From: Candidatus Binatia bacterium | GTDB taxonomy: Bacteria > Acidobacteriota > Terriglobia > Terriglobales > Acidobacteriaceae | NCBI GenBank assembly: GCA_035638375.1 | Contig: DASRAA010000069.1 | Location: 19,818 to 83,817, forward strand | Length of the DNA stretch: 64,000 nucleotides | Reading direction: 5' to 3' | Part shown: piece after piece, positions 27,331 to 36,653 of the stretch | Position numbering within the stretch: position 1 is the first letter of the stretch | How the letters are laid out: each line of letters starts with the position of its first letter | Program-made: the position numbers and the translations under genes | The notes under the pieces: model-generated | What the model was told of the DNA's origin: nothing | The model's input: the letters and a program-made list of their open reading frames with translations, nothing else | The model's database searches: none

Positions 27331-27483
27331 TTGCCATTTTGCGCATTATCGGACAATGAAGGAAGGCATCGCTCGGCCCCAATGCCCTGGCAGCGGACCT
27401 GCTTACTACTACTGGTAGTAACTTTCCCCACCCGCTAGTTTCGATCTAGTTACTCTGCAGATGTACCCCTATCGCGTGGGGCA

Positions 27484-30400
27484 TTGATGATCTGGGCCAC
27501 TTCTCTAACTCGCCTTCGCTGGTCATTTCGCGTCTCGTTGCTGATGGCAACCCTGATCGGTTCTGGGGCAGCGCAAAATCCTCGGGGGTCACTGCAGGGT
27601 GAGATTCAAGACGTCAGCGGTGCAAGGGTTGAAAATGCGACCGTCACCGTGTCGAATCCGGCCATCTCCGTCGAGCGCAAAATACAAGCCAACAGCCTGG
27701 GCGAGTTTCGGTTAGACGACCTTACTCCCGGCAAGTACCACATTGTGGTAAATGCAGCGGGCTTCGCCCCAGCCAGTGCGGACACGGTGGTTGTCGTCAG
27801 CACGGTCCGCGACGTACTGGTGAAGCTGAGCCCTGCAGGGGTGCTGGAGAGCGTTAGCGTTTCCGGTGAAGGTGCTTCGATCACGACGCAGCCCTTCGAT
27901 ACCACACGCACGGTGCAGCAAGGAATCATTTCGAGCCAGGACCTGCATGGCATGCCGCTGGCAGCACGCAGCTTCGCCAACATCGCTTACCTTGCGCCCG
28001 GCACGGAGCCGGTGGAGCCGTCCGATCCGACTAAGGCGCGAATCACGGCGGTGTCGTTCGGCGGCAGTTCAGGCTTGAATGTGCAGTTGTCGGTGGATGG
28101 CGGAGACAATACGGACGACTACATCGGCGGTTTCCTGCAGAATTTTTCGCCCGACTCGATCCAGGAGTTTGCCGTACAGACATCGCAAGAATACGGCGAC
28201 ATTGGCCGCACTGTGGGTGGAGCTGTAATCATTAATACGCGCCGCGGAATGGACGAATGGCATGGCAGCGCTGCATTTTACGAACGCACTGCGGCGTTGA
28301 ATGCGCGCAATACGCTTGACAACCCCGAACCGCAGCCGAAGCAGCCGTTCTCGCGGCAGAACTACGTCGGTACCCTTGGCGGCCCGATGAAAGTGGGCAA
28401 GCTTTGGCTGTTCTCGTCGTTCGAGTACGTTCACGAAAACGCCAGCATCAACTACAGCCCTGACAGCCTGCAGCAGTTTCAGGCACTCTCGTCGCTGGCA
28501 GCGCAGGGCCTGATTCCCGGCGTCTCTTCGATCGCAGTGCCGCAGTACACGCCAGTTCCATTTAACGATTTTCTGGGAACGATTCGCTTCGACTGGGCAC
28601 AATCGCCGCGTTCTGCCTGGTTTTTGCGCGGTGGTGTTGACAGCTATCTCACCAACAACAATCTCGTGCAGCAAGGAACGCTGCCTTCCACGGGAGCCAC
28701 CACACACGCGAACTTCTTCAATGGGGTGCTCAGCAATCAGTTCGCCTTTACTCCTACCTGGCTTGGCTCGTTCACCTTCACCGCATCGACGTTCCACAAC
28801 ACCCAATCACGCAATTCAAATCTCGGTTTCGCGCTGGCTTTTCCCTTCAGTGCGACCTCTTCGACGATTTCGGGCTTCGAGACCTTCGGCGACCAGCAAT
28901 TTCAGACACCGATTACGGCCTTCCCCGTTCTGCGGAACCAGGAGAAATATCAATTCCGTTACGACGTAAGCCATGCATCGGGCAGACACTCGCCGCGGTT
29001 CGGCGTGGACTTCATTCACGAACCAGTGCTGAGCGGTGCGCTCTCCGCCACAGCCGAGAACCTTACGATTTTCCCGCTGGATCCGATCGATTATCTGAGC
29101 AACCCGGCGCAGTTCTCCGCGGACCTGATTTGTGGACCGAATGCAACGTCCGGCGCCACATGCAACGACGTACCGGCGAGCAACGGCAGCTTCTCGCAGA
29201 ACGTGCGGCGGCTTGGGTTGTACGCGCATGACTCGTGGCGCGTGACGCCGACCCTGACCGTCAATTACGGATTGCGCTGGGATACGAGCTTTGGACTGTT
29301 CGAAGCTTCAGGACGCAGCCAGTTTCTGAATCCTGCGTACTCCACGCTGAAAGCGCTGCAGGTGCCGCTGGTCAATGGGATTCCGCACGACTATCGAAAG
29401 GCGTTCGCACCGCGACTCGGCGTTGCGTGGGCACCGGACCAGGAGAAGCTCGTGATACGCGCAGGTGTGGGACTGTATTGGAACGATCTTGCCCAAGGCG
29501 GCTGGGTGACCGCGTTCCAGGCGGTGAACGAGCCTTCGCCGCCGTGCCTGCAACCCCACAATTCCGGATGTTTGCTGGGAGCTACCGAGGGCGGAGCGGG
29601 TTCGTTGATCGATCCAAACTACCACACGCCCTACGCGCTTCATGCCAGCGCTGGTGTGCAGTACGCGTTCAATCCGGGCTGGACGCTGAGCGCGGATTAC
29701 ATTCTCGAAACCGGGATGCACGCCTACCGCGCCTATGACTACATTCCGGGCTACAGCCTGTTCTCGCCGCTGTATCCATCCGATCCGGTGAGCCAGCAGG
29801 CCAACGTTCCGAACATTCAGCTCTACAAGACGGATAATCGCTCGTCCTACAAGGCCCTGGCCATTCACCTGCAGGGGAACATGGCACGCTGGTTCAATGT
29901 CACGGCGAATTACACACTCGCCAACGCCAAGACCTGGGGCTGCACGATCGGCGAACTCTTCGACTACGTCAACGGCGTTTGTAATCCTCTGAATGCGTTT
30001 GGACCGGGCGATTACGGGCCATCGGGCGAGGACGTGCGGAGCCGCTTCGTACTGGCAGGCGTGTTCTACTTGCCGGCAAAGCTGCAGGTCTCAACACTGA
30101 TGCAGTTTGAGACCGCGCGACCGCTTACGCTGATTACTCCAGTCGATGTCAATGGCACCGGCGACAACACGCAAGACCGGGCCGTTATCAACGGGGTACA
30201 GACCGCGCTCGATCAGTTCCGCGGGACTCCGTACATGCAGGTGGACCTGCGGGTGGCGCGGCCTTTCAAGTTTGGTGAGCGCTGGAATGTGCTGCCGTTT
30301 TTCGAATTCTTCAACTTATTCAATCGCAACAATCCAGGCAACAACTATGTCACCGACATCTCGGCGCTGCCGAACCCGGTCAATAGCTTGTTCGATGCAA

Positions 30401-30549
30401 CTCAAGTCTGCTATGCGAGCGGCTGTGTGCCCATCGTGAGCAGCAAGCAGTTGCTCTATCCCGCGGGCTCGCTAGGCGATTTCTTCGGACCTGGAACGAC
30501 GGTCGGAATACCATTCGCCGCGCAGGTTGGGGTGAGGGTTAACTTCTAA
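27484..30549 (+). CDS. TonB-dependent receptor with N-terminal carboxypeptidase-regulatory-like domain
   Basis: 1021 aa with a signal peptide, an Ig-like CarboxypepD_reg segment (LQGEIQDVSGARVENATVTVSN...GKYHIVVNAAGF), a plug and a long beta-barrel that ends in an aromatic residue (VGVRVNF). Confidence 0.88.
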   Translation: MMIWATSLTRLRWSFRVSLLMATLIGSGAAQNPRGSLQGEIQDVSGARVENATVTVSNPAISVERKIQANSLGEFRLDDLTPGKYHIVVNAAGFAPASADTVVVVSTVRDVLVKLSPAGVLESVSVSGEGASITTQPFDTTRTVQQGIISSQDLHGMPLAARSFANIAYLAPGTEPVEPSDPTKARITAVSFGGSSGLNVQLSVDGGDNTDDYIGGFLQNFSPDSIQEFAVQTSQEYGDIGRTVGGAVIINTRRGMDEWHGSAAFYERTAALNARNTLDNPEPQPKQPFSRQNYVGTLGGPMKVGKLWLFSSFEYVHENASINYSPDSLQQFQALSSLAAQGLIPGVSSIAVPQYTPVPFNDFLGTIRFDWAQSPRSAWFLRGGVDSYLTNNNLVQQGTLPSTGATTHANFFNGVLSNQFAFTPTWLGSFTFTASTFHNTQSRNSNLGFALAFPFSATSSTISGFETFGDQQFQTPITAFPVLRNQEKYQFRYDVSHASGRHSPRFGVDFIHEPVLSGALSATAENLTIFPLDPIDYLSNPAQFSADLICGPNATSGATCNDVPASNGSFSQNVRRLGLYAHDSWRVTPTLTVNYGLRWDTSFGLFEASGRSQFLNPAYSTLKALQVPLVNGIPHDYRKAFAPRLGVAWAPDQEKLVIRAGVGLYWNDLAQGGWVTAFQAVNEPSPPCLQPHNSGCLLGATEGGAGSLIDPNYHTPYALHASAGVQYAFNPGWTLSADYILETGMHAYRAYDYIPGYSLFSPLYPSDPVSQQANVPNIQLYKTDNRSSYKALAIHLQGNMARWFNVTANYTLANAKTWGCTIGELFDYVNGVCNPLNAFGPGDYGPSGEDVRSRFVLAGVFYLPAKLQVSTLMQFETARPLTLITPVDVNGTGDNTQDRAVINGVQTALDQFRGTPYMQVDLRVARPFKFGERWNVLPFFEFFNLFNRNNPGNNYVTDISALPNPVNSLFDATQVCYASGCVPIVSSKQLLYPAGSLGDFFGPGTTVGIPFAAQVGVRVNF

Positions 30550-30611
30550 AGCTCGAGGTCAGTAAAACCACGAGTGAGCACCGCATGTGTGGCGAATCAG
30601 GCTTGCGCAAC

Positions 30612-30908
30612 TCATTTGGCCGCTTGCAGTGGTTCGATCTTGTCGATCGCGATGGCGGTCGAGCCGCCGCGCTGGAACACTCTGCCGCTGGCCGTCACCT
30701 TCTGCCCAGCGAACGGCAGCAGCTTTTCGTTCTGTCCCGAAGACGGGACGGTTTGGGCAATCGGCCAATAGATGTTGCCGTCTTCCGACAGGATCATCAG
30801 CGGCGATCCCGCCTTCGCGCACGCTATCGCGCACTCTCGGCTGATGGGCGTGTCAAGGTGTTTGGTTTGGGAAGTGGTGTCCCGATTGAGGCTTCCCCAA
30901 TGCTGCAC
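30612..30908 (-). CDS. hypothetical protein (possibly 5'-frameshifted)
   Basis: 98-aa ORF with a GTG start and the segment CAIACAKAGSPLMILSEDGNIYWPI...KVTASGRVFQRGGSTAIAIDKI. It has no signal peptide. A 34-codon ATG-initiated ORF in another frame lies just upstream. Confidence 0.35.
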   Translation of the reverse strand: MQHWGSLNRDTTSQTKHLDTPISRECAIACAKAGSPLMILSEDGNIYWPIAQTVPSSGQNEKLLPFAGQKVTASGRVFQRGGSTAIAIDKIEPLQAAK

Positions 30909-30994
30909 TTTCGAAAATGGAAAAGGCCAGCCCGCTGTGGCGAACCAGCCCTCTCATGGTTTCTTTCGATAGCAGCTGCCTGACTCGACCCGGT

Positions 30995-31486
30995 TTACGC
31001 TTCCGCTGGGGCTTCTTCCGCCGCTGCAGGCGCTTCTTCCGCGGCTTCTCTCTTCACCACGGCCTTGATGTTCACCGCGACTTCGCGGTGGAGCTTCACC
31101 GGCACTTGGAACTCGCCGACGGTCTTCAGCGGCACGTCAAGCAGGATCTTGCGACGGTCGATGGTGAAGCCCTTGGCTTCGAGGGCATGCGCGATATCAG
31201 ATGTGGTAACCGAGCCAAACAACTGGTCGTGTTCACCCGACTTGCGGGTGAACACGACCACCGTGCCATTGAGCTGTTTGCCCAATTCCTCGGCACTGCC
31301 TTTCTCCTTCGCCGACTTGCGCACCGCGGCGGCCTTCATCTGTTCGATGACGGCCTTGTTGCCTGGCGTAGCTTCAATGGCGAGCTTCTTGGGGATAAGG
31401 TAGTTGCGGCCGTAGCCTTCTGCCACCTTCACCACGTCGCCCCGGTGGCCCAGCTTGTTGATGTCTTCCTTCAGAATGACTTCCAT
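30995..31486 (-). CDS. rplI: 50S ribosomal protein L9
   Basis: MEVILKEDINKLGHRGDVVKVAEGYGRNYLIP. The ATG at 31486 is preceded by GGAG. The protein has an acidic Ala/Glu-rich C-terminal tail. Confidence 0.95.
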   Translation of the reverse strand: MEVILKEDINKLGHRGDVVKVAEGYGRNYLIPKKLAIEATPGNKAVIEQMKAAAVRKSAKEKGSAEELGKQLNGTVVVFTRKSGEHDQLFGSVTTSDIAHALEAKGFTIDRRKILLDVPLKTVGEFQVPVKLHREVAVNIKAVVKREAAEEAPAAAEEAPAEA

Positions 31487-31502
31487 GTTCAAAACTCCGT
31501 AT

Positions 31503-31537
31503 TTAGCAACTCGCAATTAGCAACTAGCGATTAACCG
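31503..31537. repeat. heptamer tandem array (5 units)
   Basis: TTAGCAA CTCGCAA TTAGCAA CTAGCGA TTAACCG, starting 17 nt upstream of the rplI start. Confidence 0.8.
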
Positions 31538-31738
31538 TTAGAAGCAGCGACCAACTGCTGCCCATCCTCATGGGAAGGGGCAGGTTATCTCGAGAGCATG
31601 ATCAGCAACATCGCAATGTAGAAGAAAAGACTACCGTCCACCACATTCCGAACCGCTGATAGTCGCGTATTGTCCGGATCCTCTGGGCCGAAACATCTCT
31701 CATCGAACTTCTGGTTCTCCTGCCGGCTCCACTCACCA

Positions 31739-32104
31739 CTAACGGCTGGCGAAGGGCAGCAGCGCGATGTTGCGCGCCTGCTTGATCGCGTCAGCCAGAC
31801 GGCGCTGGTGCGGCGTGCACACGCCGGTCAAACGCCGCGGCACGATTTTGCCCGACTCGGCCACGAACTGGCCGAGTAGCCGCACGTCCTTGTAGTTCAC
31901 GCTGTCGATCTTCTCGACACAGAACTTGCACACCTTTTTGCGCCGGAAGAACTTTCGTCCGCCTTCGCGCCCCCCGCCTCCACCAGCTCCCCCGGGACGT
32001 CCGCCAGGACGTGATCCGCGGGGGCCGCGATCGCCTTCCGCGCGAGGAGCGCCACCCTCGGCTGTCGCCGCCGGGGTTGTTGTCGTTGCTGTCTCGTCTG
32101 CCAT
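31739..32104 (-). CDS. rpsR: 30S ribosomal protein S18 with about 45-aa Gly/Arg/Pro-rich N-terminal extension
   Basis: The core is [63 protein letters not shown]. The N-terminus is [45 protein letters not shown]. Confidence 0.95.
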   Translation of the reverse strand: MADETATTTTPAATAEGGAPRAEGDRGPRGSRPGGRPGGAGGGGGREGGRKFFRRKKVCKFCVEKIDSVNYKDVRLLGQFVAESGKIVPRRLTGVCTPHQRRLADAIKQARNIALLPFASR

Positions 32105-32161
32105 GTTTCTCCTTCGGGCCGCGAGGCCCTCAATCTCTCCATCAAAACTCTTCGCGAGGTA

Positions 32162-32215
32162 GAGGTCCTTCGACTCGGACGCGCTCTGTCAGGCGCGTCT
32201 TCGCTCAGGATGACA
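32162..32215 (-). repeat. dispersed repeat family B (reverse orientation) in the rpsF-rpsR spacer
   Basis: The reverse complement reads TGTCATCCTGAGCGAAGACGCGCCTGACAGAGCGCGTCCGAGTCGAAGGACCT. Confidence 0.8.
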
Positions 32216-32237
32216 ACCCTTGCAAGAATGTCGGTCG

Positions 32238-32672
32238 CTACGCGCTGGCTGGGGCCGACTCGGCCGACTCGGCCGTCGCCGCTACAGGCTCTCCGGCTGC
32301 AGTCGCGGCTTCCTGAGCGCGCGTGCCCTTGCCGCGCACCTTGGTGTCGCGGATGGCCTTGATTTTGGCGAGGCGCTTCTGCTCTTCGTCCACGCGCACG
32401 GTAATGAACTTGATTACCGGCTCGGTAACGCGCAGGCGGCGCTCCACTTCCTTCACCATGGAGCCGTCGCCTTCCAACGTCATCAGGACGTAGATACCCT
32501 CCTGGAACTTGCGTACCAGATACGCCAACCGGCGCTTGCCCATGCGCTCCACGCTCTTCACCGTGCCGCCGGCGGCGCCGACCTGGCTCTCCAGGTTAGC
32601 AACCAGCTTGTCCTGATCTTCGTCCGTCATATCGGGACGCACGATGAACATCAATTCGTAAATACGTTGCAT
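32238..32672 (-). CDS. rpsF: 30S ribosomal protein S6
   Basis: MQRIYELMFIVRPDMTDEDQDKLV...GKRRLAY, with a C-terminal low-complexity tail. Confidence 0.95.
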   Translation of the reverse strand: MQRIYELMFIVRPDMTDEDQDKLVANLESQVGAAGGTVKSVERMGKRRLAYLVRKFQEGIYVLMTLEGDGSMVKEVERRLRVTEPVIKFITVRVDEEQKRLAKIKAIRDTKVRGKGTRAQEAATAAGEPVAATAESAESAPASA

Positions 32673-32686
32673 TCGTTTCTTCTCCC

Positions 32687-32721
32687 AGCAACTAGCAACT
32701 AGCGACTAGCAACTAGCTCCT
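32687..32721. repeat. heptamer tandem array (5 units)
   Basis: AGCAACT AGCAACT AGCGACT AGCAACT AGCTCCT, starting 15 nt upstream of the rpsF start. The CTAG core gives TAG on both strands. Confidence 0.85.
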
Positions 32722-32812
32722 GTTGCCTTCTATCCTTCAAAATTCGTTCACCAACTCTGAAGCGAATCGGCTTGAAACTAAGCTCGCCTGTCTTCGCCGC
32801 GCCCAGCCCTTA

Positions 32813-32848
32813 GCTAATTGCTAGTTTGCTAGTCGCTGGTTGCTTCCT
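32813..32848. repeat. heptamer tandem array (5 units, one 8-mer), inverted relative to 32687-32721
   Basis: GCTAATT GCTAGTTT GCTAGTC GCTGGTT GCTTCCT. It contains the pth stop (32829-32831) and the last pth codons. Confidence 0.8.
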
Positions 32849-33416
32849 CTGCCTTGCGGTTAAAGCGATTCATCGCCGCCTGCACACCTTCGGCTAGGAT
32901 GACCTTCACCGCTTCTGCCGCCGCATCCAGCACCTGATCGACCACTGGATACTGTGCCTTCTTAAACTGCGACAGCACATACTTCGCGCCGTCGCTGACC
33001 GGGAAATCCGGGGCCACGCCCATGCGGATGCGCGCAAATTCCTGCGTACCCAGGGCGCCTATCACCGATTCCACACCGTTATGCCCTGCCGAGCGACCCC
33101 GCGGACGAACCCGCAAGGTGCCGAACGGCAAATCCAACTCGTCGTAGAGCAGCACCAAATCGTTCGCCGGCAGCGCTTGGTACTTTTCAACCAGCTCGCG
33201 GACCGACATGCCGCTCAGGTTCATGTAGGTTTCCGGCTTGGCCAGCACGACAACTTCGTTGTCGATGCGGGCCCGCGCCGTCTGGGCGTGGCAGTGACGG
33301 TTGTTCACCACCACTCCGCACTGTTCGGCGATGCGATCCACCGCCAAAAACCCCAGGTTGTGCGGTGTGAACTGGTATTCGATGCCCGGATTGCCGAGCC
33401 CGACAATCAGCCTCAC
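32829..33416 (-). CDS. pth: peptidyl-tRNA hydrolase
   Basis: MRLIVGLGNPGIEYQFTPHNLGF...GHNG. Confidence 0.96.
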   Translation of the reverse strand: MRLIVGLGNPGIEYQFTPHNLGFLAVDRIAEQCGVVVNNRHCHAQTARARIDNEVVVLAKPETYMNLSGMSVRELVEKYQALPANDLVLLYDELDLPFGTLRVRPRGRSAGHNGVESVIGALGTQEFARIRMGVAPDFPVSDGAKYVLSQFKKAQYPVVDQVLDAAAEAVKVILAEGVQAAMNRFNRKAEEATSD

Positions 33417-33421
33417 GCCGT

Positions 33422-34141
33422 CTACTTCTTCTCCTTCTTCTCTGCCTTTTCGGCCTTTTCGCCGGCTTCGGCAGCTTCGCCTTCGGCTTCCTGTTTGCCC
33501 TTCTTGATGACCTCGGGCTCGGCAGGAGCAGCAGCAGCTTCCGCACCTTCCGCCGGGGCAGCCGTAACGACTTCCTTCACCGCCGTCACATGGGCGATGG
33601 CCTGGTTGTCGTCGGTGATGAACTTGATCTTGTCGCTGTGTGGCAAGTCACTGACGCGCAGCGTCTGTCCGAATACCAGCTGGCTGACATCGCCGTCGAG
33701 GAAGGTCGGAATGTCCGCAGGAAGGCACTCGATTTCCACCTCGCGCAACATTTGCTCGAGGATGCCGCCCTGGATCTTCACGCCCGGAGCCTCGCCTTTG
33801 AGTACCACAGGCACACTGACGACGAGCTTTTCGTTCATGGCGATGCGCTTCAGGTCAACGTGCATCAGCGCGCCGTTGATGGGGTCAGCCTGCCAATCGA
33901 CGATCATCGCCTTGCCCGAGTCGCCCCCGGCGCTCAGGTCGAAGATGGAGTTGTGACCCGCTTCCGAAGCGAGAATGCGGTTCATCTGCTTGGGATCGAC
34001 CGAGATCGTGAGCGGTTCGAGGCCGGCACCATAAATAACGGCCGGAATCAGTCCTTCGCGGCGCAGCCGGCGTGCATCGTTCTTCTTGCCGGCCTGACGC
34101 GGTTTGGTTTCAATGTTCTTCGGTTCAGTTGCTGTAGCCAT
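33422..34141 (-). CDS. rplY: 50S ribosomal protein L25 / general stress protein Ctc
   Basis: GKKNDARRLRREGLIPAVIYG...LMHVDLKRI, with a long Ala/Glu/Lys-rich C-terminal tail. Confidence 0.93.
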   Translation of the reverse strand: MATATEPKNIETKPRQAGKKNDARRLRREGLIPAVIYGAGLEPLTISVDPKQMNRILASEAGHNSIFDLSAGGDSGKAMIVDWQADPINGALMHVDLKRIAMNEKLVVSVPVVLKGEAPGVKIQGGILEQMLREVEIECLPADIPTFLDGDVSQLVFGQTLRVSDLPHSDKIKFITDDNQAIAHVTAVKEVVTAAPAEGAEAAAAPAEPEVIKKGKQEAEGEAAEAGEKAEKAEKKEKK

Positions 34142-34155
34142 AATCTCGTTTTCCT

Positions 34156-35265
<1,110 letters not shown>

Positions 35266-35312
35266 CGTCTCTACACCCCCGGTAAACCTGGTTTGATTTA
35301 CAAGCTGGGTGA

Positions 35313-35347
35313 AACTAGCAACTCACGACTAGCAATTAGCAACTAGC
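35313..35347. repeat. heptamer tandem array (5 units)
   Basis: AACTAGC AACTCAC GACTAGC AATTAGC AACTAGC, upstream of prs. Confidence 0.85.
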
Positions 35348-35418
35348 TCTTGGCTGTGCGCCTTTCGCTCTTCACTTTATAGCTGCGGACTGCTGCAAAC
35401 CTGAGCGACCGCTTCCGT

Positions 35419-35474
35419 AACTGGCCACTGGTTGCTGGGGCTACAACCACTAGCCACTGACCACTATGCACTGA
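35419..35474. repeat. heptamer tandem array (8 units)
   Basis: AACTGGC CACTGGT TGCTGGG GCTACAA CCACTAG CCACTGA CCACTAT GCACTGA. It ends 4 nt from the 3' end of tRNA-Gln. Confidence 0.75.
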
Positions 35475-35477
35475 TCT

Positions 35478-35551
35478 TGGCTGGGCGGCTAGGATTCGAA
35501 CCTAGACAAAGTGCTCCAAAGGCACTTGACCTACCATTAGTCGACCGCCCA
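35478..35551 (-). tRNA. tRNA-Gln (anticodon UUG), CCA encoded
   Basis: The minus strand reads TGGGCGG TC GACT AATGGTA GGTC A AGTGC CTTTGGA GCACT TTGT CTAGG TTCGAAT CCTAG CCGCCCA G CCA. All four cloverleaf stems pair, the T-loop is TTCGAAT and the anticodon is TTG. Confidence 0.9.
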
Positions 35552-35555
35552 ATGA

Positions 35556-35576
35556 AGCAGCTAGCAATTAGCGAAA
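35556..35576. repeat. heptamer tandem array (3 units)
   Basis: AGCAGCT AGCAATT AGCGAAA, between the ispE stop and the 5' end of tRNA-Gln. Confidence 0.65.
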
Positions 35577-35585
35577 TCTCTTCAC

Positions 35586-36650
35586 TCACTGTCCAAACGA
35601 TCTGCATAAAACGCAGGTTGCTGCCCAATATTCCGCCCTTCCCACCGTTCTCGTCGCCATGGCGGCATGCCCCTCCGCTCGCATGCGCATGGCGGCAGTT
35701 TCTGCTGCATGGGGCGAATCGAACAGCCCGTACAAGCTCGAACCGGAGCCGGAAAGCGATGCATAAAGCGCGCCTTCACGCTGCAAAACGTTCTTAACCT
35801 CACGCAACTCGGGATACTCAGGAAAGACGACGCGTTCGAAGTCGTTTTCGATCCCGGCTCGGACAAGGTCGAGAAGAAGTGTCTCGGCCCGGTCCCCGCC
35901 CTCAGCGGGAACACCGGATGCTGGCACTTTCGCCATACCACTCGGCGAAAGGAAACCTTTGCTCCACCAGGCATATACGACCTGGTGGAACTCTTTTATT
36001 GTACCTGCCAGATTGGGGACGGTCAACGCAGATTGCCCGATCTCGTAGGCGGCGCCGCCGATCGCCTCTTCTGTGTTTGCCTGCTCCACAAGCGCGTCCC
36101 AACGGGCAAAGGCCTTTGGCGTCGAGACGCCTATGGAGGGAGTCACAACCACCAACGGTATCTCAGGAAAGTCTTGCAGGGCGTAGACTTCCTGCCCACG
36201 ATCGACGCCAAGAACGGTTCCGCCGATAAGGAACAGGGGAAGATCACTGCCGACCTCGGCCGCGATACGCAGTTTGTCTTGCGGAGAGAGTGAGATACCG
36301 AGCGCGTGCTCGAGACCGAGCATCGTGCCGACAGCGTCGGATGATGCTGCGCCGAGGCCACCCTGCAGGGGTAGTTGCTTTTCAATTGTGATCGCGACCC
36401 TGCGTCGGATGCCGATCGTTTTCAGGACGTGCTCGGCGATTTTCCAGCAGGTGTTGCGGGAATTGCATGGCACGCGTGAGTCGGCGCAACGAATTTCGAT
36501 CCCCTCACCGGACTCAATTTCCACCCCCACCACATCGTGCAGAGCGATCGTCTGATAAATGGTGCGCAGCTCATGAAAGCCGTCGGCACGCAGCGGCCCG
36601 ATTTTCAGCCCGAGGTTGATTTTGGCAAAGGAGCGCAGGGTGATGGACAC
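35586..36650 (-). CDS. ispE: 4-diphosphocytidyl-2-C-methyl-D-erythritol kinase
   Basis: FAKINLGLKIGPLRADGFHEL, the GHMP motif PLQGGLGAASSDAV and a C-terminal SGSGSSLYGLF. At 354 aa it is about 70 aa longer than usual because of an internal segment (aa ~190-260). The start codon is GTG. Confidence 0.9.
   Translation of the reverse strand: MSITLRSFAKINLGLKIGPLRADGFHELRTIYQTIALHDVVGVEIESGEGIEIRCADSRVPCNSRNTCWKIAEHVLKTIGIRRRVAITIEKQLPLQGGLGAASSDAVGTMLGLEHALGISLSPQDKLRIAAEVGSDLPLFLIGGTVLGVDRGQEVYALQDFPEIPLVVVTPSIGVSTPKAFARWDALVEQANTEEAIGGAAYEIGQSALTVPNLAGTIKEFHQVVYAWWSKGFLSPSGMAKVPASGVPAEGGDRAETLLLDLVRAGIENDFERVVFPEYPELREVKNVLQREGALYASLSGSGSSLYGLFDSPHAAETAAMRMRAEGHAAMATRTVGRAEYWAATCVLCRSFGQ
35914..35960 (+). 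repeat. possible family C-like element inside ispE
   Basis: CCGGATGCTGGCACTTTCGCCataccactcGGCGAAAGGAAACCTTT. The TTTCGCC...GGCGAAAGG hairpin core resembles the copies at 12628 and 13902. It translates as KGFLSPSGMAKVPASG within the extra ispE segment. Confidence 0.4.
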
Positions 36651-36653
36651 GGG

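Noticed and set aside
31560-31735. Short ORFs between rpsR and rplI (33-aa MRDVSAQRIRTIRDYQRFGMWW... and a hydrophobic ...VVDGSLFFYIAMLLIMLSR frame)
   Set aside because: They are too short, have no convincing start/RBS combination, and the two candidate frames conflict. They cannot be supported from sequence alone.
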